Shown in pieces: positions 24,476 to 32,000 of a stretch of DNA of 32,000 bases. The stretch lies in assembly GCF_000284115.1 (NCBI RefSeq), contig NC_017080.1:2520001-2552000 (forward strand), written 5' to 3'. Under the pieces are notes generated by a model, which saw only the letters and a program-made list of their open reading frames with translations, was not told the DNA's origin and made no database searches. This DNA is from Phycisphaera mikurensis NBRC 102666 (lineage in GTDB: Bacteria > Planctomycetota > Phycisphaerae > Phycisphaerales > Phycisphaeraceae). How positions within the stretch are numbered: position 1 is the stretch's first letter; each line of letters starts with the position of its first letter. Made by a program: the position numbers and the translations under genes.

Positions 24476-26263
24476 TCAGAACGGGAACACGATCGGCGTC
24501 ACGACGCACGCCGTCAGGCCGACCACGCCGTTGAGCGGCACGCCCACCCGCAGGTAGTCGCCGAAGCGGTACCCGCCGGGGCCGTAGACCATCAGGTTGG
24601 TCTGGTAGCCGATGGGGGTGGCGAAGCTGGCGGAGGCCGCGACGGCCAGCGCCATCACGAACGGCAGCGGGTCGGCGCCGAAGCCCTCGGCGGTGCCGAC
24701 GGCGATGGGGTACATCAGCACCGCGGTGGCGTTGTTGCTCACCAGCTCGGTGAAGAGGCTCGTCGCGGCGTACACGGCGACGAGCGCCAGGAAGGGCCCG
24801 CCATCGAGCGCCGAAACGGCGGACACCAGCGAGCCGGCGACGCCGGCGGCCAGTCCGCTGGTGACCGCGGCCTTGCCAAGCCCGATCGCCGCCCCGATCA
24901 CCACCAGCACCTCCCAGTCGATGGAACGCCGGGCCTCGCTCGCCGTCACGCACCGCGTGATCCAGAGCAGCCCGGCCGCCCAGAACGCGGCGAGCAGCAT
25001 CGGCACGTCGAGCAGCGCCACCGAGAGCACCAGGCCCACCAGCACCGCGCCCGCCCACCACGCCCGCTCGTGCCGGGGCGGCGCCGCGTCGGGCACGTTC
25101 GTGACGAAGAAGAAGTCTCGCTCGCGGCGCTGCCGCTGCACGAAGCCCGGCCGGCTCTCCAGCAGCAGGCCGTCGCCGGCGCGCAGGACGACGTCGCCGG
25201 GCTTGCCCTCGAGCCGGGCGCCGTCGCGGCTGACGGCCAGCACGGCGGCGTCGTAGCGCTCGCGGAAGCGGCCCTCGCGGATGCCCCGGCCCACCAGCGG
25301 GCAGGCGGGCGCCACGATCGCCTCGACCAGCACCGCTTGCCCCCTCCCCGGCGGCGGCGGGCCGTCGGTGGCCGGTTCCAGCCCGCGATCGGCCCGCAGC
25401 TCCGCCACCCGGGCGAGGTCTCCCGCGAAGACGAGCCGGTCGCCGGCGTGCAGCCGCTCGGCGGGATCGACCGCGGGCAGCACCGCGTCCCCCCGCTCCA
25501 GCCGCACGAGGTAGAGGCCCGGCAGGCTCCTCAGCCCGGCGGCCTCGATGCTCCGCCCGGCGTGCGGGCTTCCCTCGGGCACCCGCACCTCCGCCGTCCA
25601 CGTGCGGGCGTCTCCACGCGCCAGCGGGTCCTCCCGATCGGGCAGGAGCCACCGCCCCGCGACGAGCAGGTAGGCCACCCCGACCAGCAGGCACGGCACG
25701 CCGACCCAAGCGAAGCCGAACATCCCCAGGCTGGCCGCTCCGCTCTCGCGGTGCAACCCGTCGACGATGAGGTTCGTGGACGTGCCCACCAGCGTGCAGA
25801 CGCCGCCGAGGATCGAGAAGTACGACAGCGGCAGGAACAGCTTCGAGGGCGCCACCCCCGCCCGGAGGGCAAAGGCCCGCACCTCGTCCAGGCACATCGC
25901 CACGACCGGCGTGTTGTTGAGGAACGCCGAGAGCCCCGCGACGGGCATCGCCAGCCGCAGCTGCGCCCCCGCCTCGCTGCGTGGCCGCCCCAAGAGCGGC
26001 AGCGCCACCCGGCGGAGCGCCCCGGTCCGCGTGATCGCCGTCGCCACCACGAACAACAGCGCCACCGTGACCAGCGCCTCGCTCCCGAAGCCCGCCACGG
26101 CCTCGTCGGGACCCGGCAGGCGGTCGGAGAAACCGGCGAGGGTCATCACCACCGCGAGGGCGCCGAGCATCAGCGCATCGGGGCGGCTCCACCCGCGGGC
26201 CAGCGCGAACAGGACGACCACCAGCACGCCACCCACCGCCCAGGCTTCCCACGGACTCGTCAT
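24476..26263 (-). CDS. SLC13/DASS-family transporter with central RCK_C (TrkA-C) domains
   Basis: AFLNNTPVVAMCLDEVRAFALRAGVAPSKLFLPLSYFSILGGVCTLVGTSTNLIV; RCK_C-like VRVPEGSPHAGRSIEAAGLRS...; SNNATAVLMYPIAVG; ASFATPIGYQTNLMVYGPGGYRF. Confidence 0.9.
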   Translation of the reverse strand: MTSPWEAWAVGGVLVVVLFALARGWSRPDALMLGALAVVMTLAGFSDRLPGPDEAVAGFGSEALVTVALLFVVATAITRTGALRRVALPLLGRPRSEAGAQLRLAMPVAGLSAFLNNTPVVAMCLDEVRAFALRAGVAPSKLFLPLSYFSILGGVCTLVGTSTNLIVDGLHRESGAASLGMFGFAWVGVPCLLVGVAYLLVAGRWLLPDREDPLARGDARTWTAEVRVPEGSPHAGRSIEAAGLRSLPGLYLVRLERGDAVLPAVDPAERLHAGDRLVFAGDLARVAELRADRGLEPATDGPPPPGRGQAVLVEAIVAPACPLVGRGIREGRFRERYDAAVLAVSRDGARLEGKPGDVVLRAGDGLLLESRPGFVQRQRRERDFFFVTNVPDAAPPRHERAWWAGAVLVGLVLSVALLDVPMLLAAFWAAGLLWITRCVTASEARRSIDWEVLVVIGAAIGLGKAAVTSGLAAGVAGSLVSAVSALDGGPFLALVAVYAATSLFTELVSNNATAVLMYPIAVGTAEGFGADPLPFVMALAVAASASFATPIGYQTNLMVYGPGGYRFGDYLRVGVPLNGVVGLTACVVTPIVFPF

Positions 26264-26467
26264 GGCCGGGGCATCGCCCGCGTGGGGCGGCCGCCTTGAG
26301 GAATCCCCGCGGCGGCCGCGACGGTGGTAACGCCCGTGCCGGTCGCCCGACGCGCCACCGCCCGACGCCACCCGCCGCTGGATCTCGGCGGTGGAGCGGC
26401 GCGTCCCCTCGGTCGAAGGGCGGGCATGGCCGCTCCTTCCGAACCCGCCGCGCCGCAACGCCTCCAG

Positions 26468-26605
26468 ATGGTCTGCCCCAACCTGCGGTGCCGCAAGATG
26501 CTTTCCGTTCCCGTGATCGCTCGCGGGCGGACCGTGCGGTGCCGAGCCTGCTCGATGCGGATCCACGTGCCCAGAGCGGAGAATCCAGCGACCGCCCCCG
26601 GCTGA
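26468..26605 (+). CDS. Zinc-ribbon-like microprotein (45 aa; 59 aa if started at 26426)
   Basis: MVCPNLRCRKMLSVPVIARGRTVRCRACSMRIHVPRAENPATAPG, with a CxxxxC ... CxxC pattern. Confidence 0.6.
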   Translation: MVCPNLRCRKMLSVPVIARGRTVRCRACSMRIHVPRAENPATAPG

Positions 26606-26616
26606 CGCGGGAGCCG

Positions 26617-26662
26617 CCGCGGACCGCCGGCCCCGGCCCGCCGAACGGCTCGCCGTCCGCGG
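26617..26662. repeat. Degenerate copy C of the dispersed palindrome, convergent intergenic
   Basis: Left side shares CCGCCGCGGACCGCCGGCCCCGG exactly with copy A. Pairing core is CCGCGGAC (26617-26624) with GTCCGCGG (26655-26662). Confidence 0.75.
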
Positions 26663-26694
26663 GAGAGCGTTCCATCGCTCCCGGGGGCTCGGGC

Positions 26695-27870
26695 TCAGCC
26701 GCCCGCGGGCACCCGCTGGAGCTTCTCGAGCAGCGTCATCGCCGCGTGCCGGCCGCTCATCACCGCGGCCTCCACGCCGCCGGCGCCCTCGGGCCCGCCG
26801 AACCAGTCGCCGCAGGCCGCGAGCCGGTGCTTCGGCGAGACGAAGGACGCGTCGGGCAGCGGCTTGACGCAGTGCGCGAACTTCCAGCGGTGCGCCGCCT
26901 CGTAAGCGGTCGCCGGCAGGGGCCGGCCGAGCAGCCGCTGCAGAGCCGCCTTCAGCGGGGCGATGACCTCCTCCGCCGGCTGCTCCAGCCGCGGGGCCGA
27001 CCACGTCGGCCGGGCGTGCAGCACCCAGCACTCGCCGGCGCCCGTCGGGCGGCCGGGCTTGTGGGTCTCGCGGCCGACCCAAGCGAGCGGGCCGCGGTCC
27101 AGCCGCACCGCGTCCACCGCCGCCGGGGCTTCCCCGTCCGCGACGTCCCCCGCCGCGGGCGCCAGGCCCAGCGGCTCGTCGAAGGCGAGCATCACCGAGA
27201 AGCAGCCGGCGGCTTTGGCCCGCTCCGCCAGCCGAGCCAGCCGGGGGGCGCTGGCGCCGAGCAGCCGCGCCGCCTGCGGCGCCGCCACCGCCACCACCAC
27301 CGCGTCGAAGGGGCCGTGCTCTTGGCCGGCCGCGTCCTTGAGCAGCCACGGCCCCGCCGACCCGCGGCCCGCGGGCTCGCCGAGCAGCTCCACGATCTCC
27401 GACTCCGCGTGAGCTTCGGCCGCCCCCTCGAGGAGGTGCCCGACCAGGGCCGCCATCGACGGCACGCCCACGAAACGCTCCCGCGGATCGGGTCGCCACC
27501 GCACCGCCGGCCCGTCCGCCACGGCGGGATCACCCGCCGCCGCGGCCTGATCCCGCTCCCCTCCGGGGTCTGCCCGCAGGAAACGCCCGGTCCAGGGCCC
27601 GACCACGCCGGCTTCGCGCCAGCCCGCCACCCGCTCCGCGAAGGCCTCGGAGTGGGCGGTGAAGCAGGGCGAGCCGTGGTCGAAGGCGACGCCGGTGCGG
27701 GACCGGCGCGTGGACGCCCGCCCCCCGGCCGCGCGGCCGCGATCGAAGAGCGTCACCGCCACGCCCGCCTCGCGCAGCGCCCGCGCCGCGGACGCGCCCG
27801 AAGGCCCGCCGCCGATGACCGCCGCGGTCTCCAGCGCCTGGTCCGCGGCCGGGAGGTCACTCGCTGACAC
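26695..27870 (-). CDS. FAD/NAD(P)-binding oxidoreductase, renalase/amine-oxidase-like
   Basis: ETAAVIGGGPSGASAARALREAGVAVTLFDRGRAAGGRASTRR (Rossmann GxGxxG and GGRASTR), DHGSPCFTA; C-terminal AACGDWFGGPEGAGGVEAAVMSGRHAA. Confidence 0.87.
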   Translation of the reverse strand: MSASDLPAADQALETAAVIGGGPSGASAARALREAGVAVTLFDRGRAAGGRASTRRSRTGVAFDHGSPCFTAHSEAFAERVAGWREAGVVGPWTGRFLRADPGGERDQAAAAGDPAVADGPAVRWRPDPRERFVGVPSMAALVGHLLEGAAEAHAESEIVELLGEPAGRGSAGPWLLKDAAGQEHGPFDAVVVAVAAPQAARLLGASAPRLARLAERAKAAGCFSVMLAFDEPLGLAPAAGDVADGEAPAAVDAVRLDRGPLAWVGRETHKPGRPTGAGECWVLHARPTWSAPRLEQPAEEVIAPLKAALQRLLGRPLPATAYEAAHRWKFAHCVKPLPDASFVSPKHRLAACGDWFGGPEGAGGVEAAVMSGRHAAMTLLEKLQRVPAGG

Positions 27871-28417
27871 GGCCGAGGTACTCCCTGGTGTCGGTGTTGA
27901 TCTTGACCTTCTCCCCGGCGTTGATGAACGGGGGCACGCGGATCTTCAGGCCCGTCTCGGTGACCGCCTCCTTCATCACGTTGGTGGCCGTGGCGTTCTT
28001 GATGCCCGGCTCGGTCTCGGCGATCTCGTGCTCCACCGAGAGCGGCAGCTCCACCGAGAGCGGGTTGCCCTCGTAGAAGAGGCCCTTGATGGTTTCGTTG
28101 GGCTTGGTCAGCAGCAGCGTGTCGCCGAGGATGTCGGCCTGGATCGTGAACTGCTCGTAGCTCTCGGAGTCCATGAAGACCCCGTTGGGACCCTCGGCGT
28201 ACAGGAACTCGATGTCGCGGCGGTCCAGGTTCGTGCTCTCGACCGTGTCGGAGCTGCGGAAGCGCTTCTCGGTGACGTTCCCGTGCTTCACGCTCTTGAG
28301 CTTCGCCTGCACGAAGGCGCCGCCCTTGCCCGGCTTCACGTGCTCGGTCTTGGTGCAGATGTAGAGGAGCCCGTCGAGGTTCACGACGAGCCCGGGCTTG
28401 AGGTCGTTTGCTTTCAT
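27857..28417 (-). CDS. efp: Elongation factor P
   Basis: MKANDLKPGLVVNLDGLLYICTKTEHVKPGKGGAFVQAKLKSVKHGNVTEKRFRSSDTVE...; C-terminal GLKIRVPPFINAGEKVKINTDTREYLGRV. Confidence 0.97.
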   Translation of the reverse strand: MKANDLKPGLVVNLDGLLYICTKTEHVKPGKGGAFVQAKLKSVKHGNVTEKRFRSSDTVESTNLDRRDIEFLYAEGPNGVFMDSESYEQFTIQADILGDTLLLTKPNETIKGLFYEGNPLSVELPLSVEHEIAETEPGIKNATATNVMKEAVTETGLKIRVPPFINAGEKVKINTDTREYLGRVSE

Positions 28418-28576
28418 ACCCCCGCAGCGTACCGGTGGGCTTCCGCCCCCGGCGAGATCCCGGCGCCCGACGCCCGCCGCCCGCCTCCGCGGCGGCTCGG
28501 TGAGCACCAACCTCGCCGCGGGTCCGGATGCCGGACGCGTGCGCCCGGCCTCGGTGTGGTCGGGTAGCTTGGGCGG

Positions 28577-28963
28577 ATGCTGAATCTGCGTGGCGTGCAT
28601 CACACGGGGCTGACGGTCTCGAACCTGGAGGCAGGGATCGCCTGGTACCGGAAGCACCTGGGGCTGCAGACGCTCGAGGCGCAGTGGGAGGCGCCGGCGG
28701 CGGGGCTGAAGATCGTCTATCTCGCACGAAACGGCGTCCGCGTGGAGCTTTTCGAGAACGCCGGCGCCGCGTCGCTGCCGGCGGTCGGTCGCGACCACCT
28801 GGCCTTCAAGGTCGACGACATCGAGGCCGAGGTCGCGACGCTGCGGGCCGCCGGTGTCGAGATCACCGTCCCGCCGACGCGCGTGGACGCGGCGTCGCTG
28901 ACCTACGCCTTCTTCGCCGACCCCGACGGCAACAAGCTCGAGCTCGTGCAGACCGACGCCTGA
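28577..28963 (+). CDS. VOC (glyoxalase/bleomycin resistance) family protein
   Basis: MLNLRGVHHTGLTVSNLEAGIAWYRKHLGLQTLEAQW...FAFFADPDGNKLELVQ-type pattern. Confidence 0.9.
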   Translation: MLNLRGVHHTGLTVSNLEAGIAWYRKHLGLQTLEAQWEAPAAGLKIVYLARNGVRVELFENAGAASLPAVGRDHLAFKVDDIEAEVATLRAAGVEITVPPTRVDAASLTYAFFADPDGNKLELVQTDA

Positions 28964-28969
28964 GGCGTT

Positions 28970-28999
28970 GCGGCGGCCGAGGCGGCCGCGCTCCGCCGC
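28970..28999. terminator. GC-rich hairpin at convergent junction
   Basis: GCGGCGG (28970-28976) and CCGCCGC (28993-28999). No T tract. Confidence 0.35.
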
Positions 29000-29010
29000 C
29001 GCGCGTGCCT

Positions 29011-29436
29011 CTACTGCGGCCCCGCCGGCTCCGGTCCGGGCGGCGGGTGGACCACGAACTCCGCGCGGTGCAGCGTCCGCCCGTCGATCGCCACCGACAG
29101 CCGCCAGGGCCCGAGCATGCGCTCCAGCGGCGCCCACAACGCGTCGCCCAAGTAGAAATCCCACACCGGCGCCGGCACGTGCTCGATCCCGCGGAACGGT
29201 GGCAACGCCGGACCCTGTGGGTCCGCCCCGTCGGGCACGCCGGGGTGATCGATCTCCCAGGCCACCGGCATCTTGCGGGCCCGCTCGATGCGCACCACGA
29301 AGCCGAACTCGCGGCCGAGCTTTGCCTCCACCCGCAGCGTCGGCCGCACCAGCCGCGGGAGGCCGCCGCTCTTGGCGTCGAAGCGCTCGTGGATGCCCTG
29401 CGAGAGCACCCGGTGGATCGGCCTGCGACGCGCCAT
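29011..29436 (-). CDS. Hypothetical protein (141 aa)
   Basis: MARRRPIHRVLSQGIHERFDAKSGGLPRLVRPTLRVEAKLGREFGFVVRIERARKMPVAWEIDHPGVPDGADPQGPALPPFRGIEHVPAPVWDFYLGDALWAPLERMLGPWRLSVAIDGRTLHRAEFVVHPPPGPEPAGPQ; protein-like composition. Confidence 0.7.
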   Translation of the reverse strand: MARRRPIHRVLSQGIHERFDAKSGGLPRLVRPTLRVEAKLGREFGFVVRIERARKMPVAWEIDHPGVPDGADPQGPALPPFRGIEHVPAPVWDFYLGDALWAPLERMLGPWRLSVAIDGRTLHRAEFVVHPPPGPEPAGPQ

Positions 29437-29464
29437 GCCGCGACCGTACGGCCGCGCCGCGGAA

Positions 29465-29510
29465 CCGCGGACCGCCGCCCGATCCGCCCGATTCCGCCGA
29501 CGGTCCGCGG
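29465..29510. repeat. Copy D of the dispersed palindrome, in a divergent intergenic region
   Basis: CCGCGGACCGCCG (29465-29477) and CGACGGTCCGCGG (29498-29510): 12 of 13 positions pair, 20-nt loop. Confidence 0.85.
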
Positions 29511-29526
29511 CGTCTACGGTCGGCCC

Positions 29527-29880
29527 GTGAGCCCCCCGCCCGCCCGCACCGCCGCCGACCGCCTCCTCCGCCCGACCCGCTGGCTGGGCTTCGTCGAGGG
29601 CGCATCCTTCCTCGTGCTGCTCTTCGTCGCGATGCCGCTCAAGCACGTCGCCGGCGATCCGCGGGCGGTCTCGCTGGTCGGCGGCCTGCACGGCGGGCTC
29701 TTCGTGCTGTTCGTCGCCGCGCTGACCGTGCTCGTCGCGGCCGGCTCGCTCTCGCTCCGCCGCGGCCTGCTCGGCGTCGTCGCCTCGATCCTGCCCTTCG
29801 GGCCGTGGCTGCTGGACCACCGCATCTACCCCCCGGAGAGCCCGAAAGCCGCGGCCGGGCCGGCCGCTTCGGCCGGATAA
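29527..29880 (+). CDS. DUF3817-like integral membrane protein
   Basis: GTG start; RWLGFVEGASFLVLLFVAMPLKHVAGDPRAVSLVGGLHGGLFVLFV...PFGPWLLDHRIYPPE. Confidence 0.8.
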   Translation: MSPPPARTAADRLLRPTRWLGFVEGASFLVLLFVAMPLKHVAGDPRAVSLVGGLHGGLFVLFVAALTVLVAAGSLSLRRGLLGVVASILPFGPWLLDHRIYPPESPKAAAGPAASAG

Positions 29881-29889
29881 CTTGCCCGC

Positions 29890-31284
29890 ATGACCGCTTC
29901 CCGCGACTCCGTCACGCTCTCCGCCGACGTGGTGCCGATCGACCGCCGCGACCTCCGCCGGATGATCGACGAGGCATCGGCCACGGAGCTGCACGCGCTC
30001 GTCGACGAAGCCCACGCCGACGAGATCGTCCACGCGGTCACCTCGCTCCCCGAGGACGAGCGGGAGAAGCTCTTCGACGTGCTCGACGCCGAGCGCGGCG
30101 CCGCCGTGCTCGAGCTGCTGCCCGACAGCCAGGCGGTCGACTCGCTGGAGAGCCTGGACCCCGACGCGGCGGCCGAGCTGATCCACGAGCTCGACTCGGA
30201 AGACCAGGCCGACCTCATCGCCCTGCTCGACGATCCCGAGCTGATCCTCAGCCGCCTGCCCGCGGAGGAGGCCGAGGAGATCCGCGATCTCGCCAGCTAC
30301 CCCGCCGACACCGCGGGCGGGATGATGGGGACCGAGTTCCTGGCCTTCCCGCTCGGCTCCACCGTCGGCGACGTCGTCAAGGAGCTGCAGGACCACGCCG
30401 ACGAGCACAGCGATGCCGACGTGCAGTACGTCTACGTGACCGACGAGGACGGCCGCCTGCGCGGCGTGCTCCCGCTGCGCAACCTCGTCGTCTCGAAGCG
30501 CGCCCGCAAGATCTCCGACGTCATGATCGCCGACCCGCTGGCGATGCCCTCGGACGCGACGCTGGACCGCATGATCGCCTTCTTCGACGATCACCACTTC
30601 CTGGGCGTGCCGGTGGTCACCACCGCCGAGGACCCGGTGCCCGGCCGCCTGCTCGGCGTTCTGCAGGCCGCGGAGGTGGACGAGGCGGAGGCGGAGCTGC
30701 GTGGCGGCGAGTTCCGCCGCAGCCAGGGCATCGTCGGCGGCGAGGAGCTGCGGAGCATGCCGCTGTTGCTGCGGAGCCGCCGGCGGTTCTCGTGGCTGAC
30801 GCTGAACATCGGCTTGAACGTCGTGGCGGCCAGCGTCATCGCCCGGAACCTGGACGTCATCGAGGCGATCGCGCCCCTGGCGGTCATCATGCCGATCATC
30901 TCGGACATGTCCGGCTGCTCGGGCAACCAGGCCGTGGCCGTCTCGATGCGCGAGCTGTCGCTGAACGTCGCCCGGCCGAGCGACTGGTTCCGCGTCTGGC
31001 GGAAGGAGGCGGCGGTCGGCTCGGTCAACGGGATCGGCCTCGGCCTGCTGCTCGGGCTCGCCGGCGGCCTCTGGCAGGGCCCGTGGTTCGGCTTCGTGGT
31101 GGGCGCCGCGCTCGCGGCCAACACGCTGGTGGCGGTGAGCATCGGCGGCGTGGTCCCCCTGCTGCTCAAGGGCCTCAAGCTCGACCCCGCCGTCGGCGCC
31201 GGCCCGATCCTCACGACCGTCACCGACATGTGCGGCTTCTTCCTGGTGCTCACCATGGCGGCGAACCTGCTGCAGCAGGCCTGA
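29890..31284 (+). CDS. mgtE: Magnesium transporter MgtE (N domain, CBS pair, TM domain)
   Basis: LPEDEREKLFDVLDAERGAAVLELLPDSQAVDSLESLDPDAAAELIHELDSEDQADLIALL, YPADTAGGMMGTEFLAFP, SDMSGCSGNQAVAVSMREL, ILTTVTDMCGFFLVLTMAA. Confidence 0.95.
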   Translation: MTASRDSVTLSADVVPIDRRDLRRMIDEASATELHALVDEAHADEIVHAVTSLPEDEREKLFDVLDAERGAAVLELLPDSQAVDSLESLDPDAAAELIHELDSEDQADLIALLDDPELILSRLPAEEAEEIRDLASYPADTAGGMMGTEFLAFPLGSTVGDVVKELQDHADEHSDADVQYVYVTDEDGRLRGVLPLRNLVVSKRARKISDVMIADPLAMPSDATLDRMIAFFDDHHFLGVPVVTTAEDPVPGRLLGVLQAAEVDEAEAELRGGEFRRSQGIVGGEELRSMPLLLRSRRRFSWLTLNIGLNVVAASVIARNLDVIEAIAPLAVIMPIISDMSGCSGNQAVAVSMRELSLNVARPSDWFRVWRKEAAVGSVNGIGLGLLLGLAGGLWQGPWFGFVVGAALAANTLVAVSIGGVVPLLLKGLKLDPAVGAGPILTTVTDMCGFFLVLTMAANLLQQA

Positions 31285-31460
31285 GGGAGTGCGTCGGCCG
31301 TGCCGACCAGGAGACGAAGCGACGGGTGCGGGACGTTTCGGCACTCGGGACTGCATCGACCGCGAAGCAAGCAGCTCCAGGCCTGGGCGGAGGTGGGTGA
31401 GAGACAAAGAGACAGAATCAGCGAAAGAGAGAAAAGCGGCCGGCGCCCTTGTCTGTTCTC

Positions 31461-31596
31461 GTCTCTACGTCTCTACGTCTCTACGTCTCTACGTCTCTTC
31501 GTCTCGTCGTCTCTTCAACTTTTCGTCTGTTCGTCTCTCCGTCTCTCCGTCTCTTCGTCTCTCCGTCTCTCCATCTCTCCGTCTCTCCGTCTCTCG
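31461..31596. repeat. Degenerate octanucleotide tandem array, 17 units, consensus GTCTCTMC
   Basis: GTCTCTAC x4, then GTCTCTTC/GTCTCGTC/GTCTCTTC/AACTTTTC/GTCTGTTC/GTCTCTCC... in strict 8-bp phase through GTCTCTCG at 31589-31596. Confidence 0.95.
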
Positions 31597-31602
31597 CCGC
31601 AC

Positions 31603-32000
31603 TCACGGCCCCACCGCCAGCCGGTCATCCGCTTCCGCACGCCGCAGATCCCGCAGCAACCACAGCCCGCCGGCGATCCACAGGACCGCCAGGACGCCGC
31701 TCTCCCACCACTGGTGGAGGATGAGCGCCATCGGCAGCAGGAAGGTGAAGACCTGCCAGAGCACGGCCACCACCAGCCGCACCACGTCGGTGCGGTGCTC
31801 GTCCCGATCGTCGGCCTTCCAGCTCGAGGGCCAGGTGCCCAGCGGGCGGACCTGCTCGTAGAAGGCCCGGGCCTCGCGCTCGTCGGTCGCCGGGAAGAGG
31901 TACGTGCCCGCGAGGCAGCCGACGGCCGAGCCGAGCGTCACGAAAGCGATGACGAAGACGTCGGTCAGCTCGCCGTGCTGGCTGAGCACCCCGAAGTCCG
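31603..32000 (-). CDS. C-terminal part of membrane protein, probable sodium:solute symporter family; 5' end outside window
   Basis: DFGVLSQHGELTDVFVIAFVTLGSAVGCLAGTYLFPATDEREARAFYEQVRPLGTWPSSW...; reading frame stays open to the window edge; the FP-x-TDxExxxxFYxxVRPxGxW segment resembles the SSS C-terminal region. Confidence 0.6.
   Translation of the reverse strand, partial: DFGVLSQHGELTDVFVIAFVTLGSAVGCLAGTYLFPATDEREARAFYEQVRPLGTWPSSWKADDRDEHRTDVVRLVVAVLWQVFTFLLPMALILHQWWESGVLAVLWIAGGLWLLRDLRRAEADDRLAVGP

Noticed and set aside
26264-27499. N-terminal extension of the SLC13 ORF (24476..27499)
   Set aside because: The extension is Arg/Gly-rich non-protein-like sequence in another frame of the FAD oxidoreductase; the ATG at 26263 (MTSPWEAWAVGGVLVVVLFALARG) is the natural start.
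28418-29605. N-terminal extension of the efp ORF and the long 29011..31407 (-) ORF
   Set aside because: Only the 3' portions (efp 27857-28417; hypothetical 29011-29436) are protein-like; the rest is antisense to VOC, DUF3817-like and mgtE genes.
31289-31861. ORFs encoding LYVSTSLRLYVSS... / SVSPSLRLSVSPSLRL repeats
   Set aside because: Direct readout of the octamer array; not protein-like, and overlapping frames show the same pattern.

Overview
High-GC bacterial chromosomal window. Gene content and protein character suggest a planctomycete, possibly Phycisphaerae-like; this is inference only. The content is mostly core or housekeeping: rpsB (5' truncated), tsf, ilvE-type aminotransferase, truD, a standalone MetRS-beta-like tRNA-binding protein, a large AsmA-like protein, bioD-like, hisD, a ZIP-family transporter, a glycine-rich RRM protein, a LysM protein followed by ftsL-like and ftsI/PBP, an aldo/keto reductase, a second AsmA-like protein, an HtrA/DegP-like protease, an SLC13/RCK_C transporter, a zinc-ribbon microprotein, a renalase-like FAD oxidoreductase, efp, a VOC protein, a DUF3817-like protein, mgtE, and the C-terminal part of a probable Na+/solute symporter. 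I found no CRISPR array, rRNA/tRNA gene, transposase, prophage or recognisable defence island. The unusual content is non-coding. (1) A ~107-bp tandem array at 4621-5298 lies 3' of truD. Each unit carries two invariant 17-nt odd palindromes inside a 77-bp imperfect dyad, and the array supplies the end of truD including its stop codon. (2) A 142-bp hairpin-forming intergenic element at 19154-19295 has perfect 20-bp terminal inverted repeats. (3) A dispersed intergenic palindrome family (CCGCCGCGGACCGCCGG and its complement) occurs at four loci. (4) A 17-copy degenerate octamer array lies at 31461-31596. No new multi-gene system is evident; the repeat elements are the best candidates for something undescribed.
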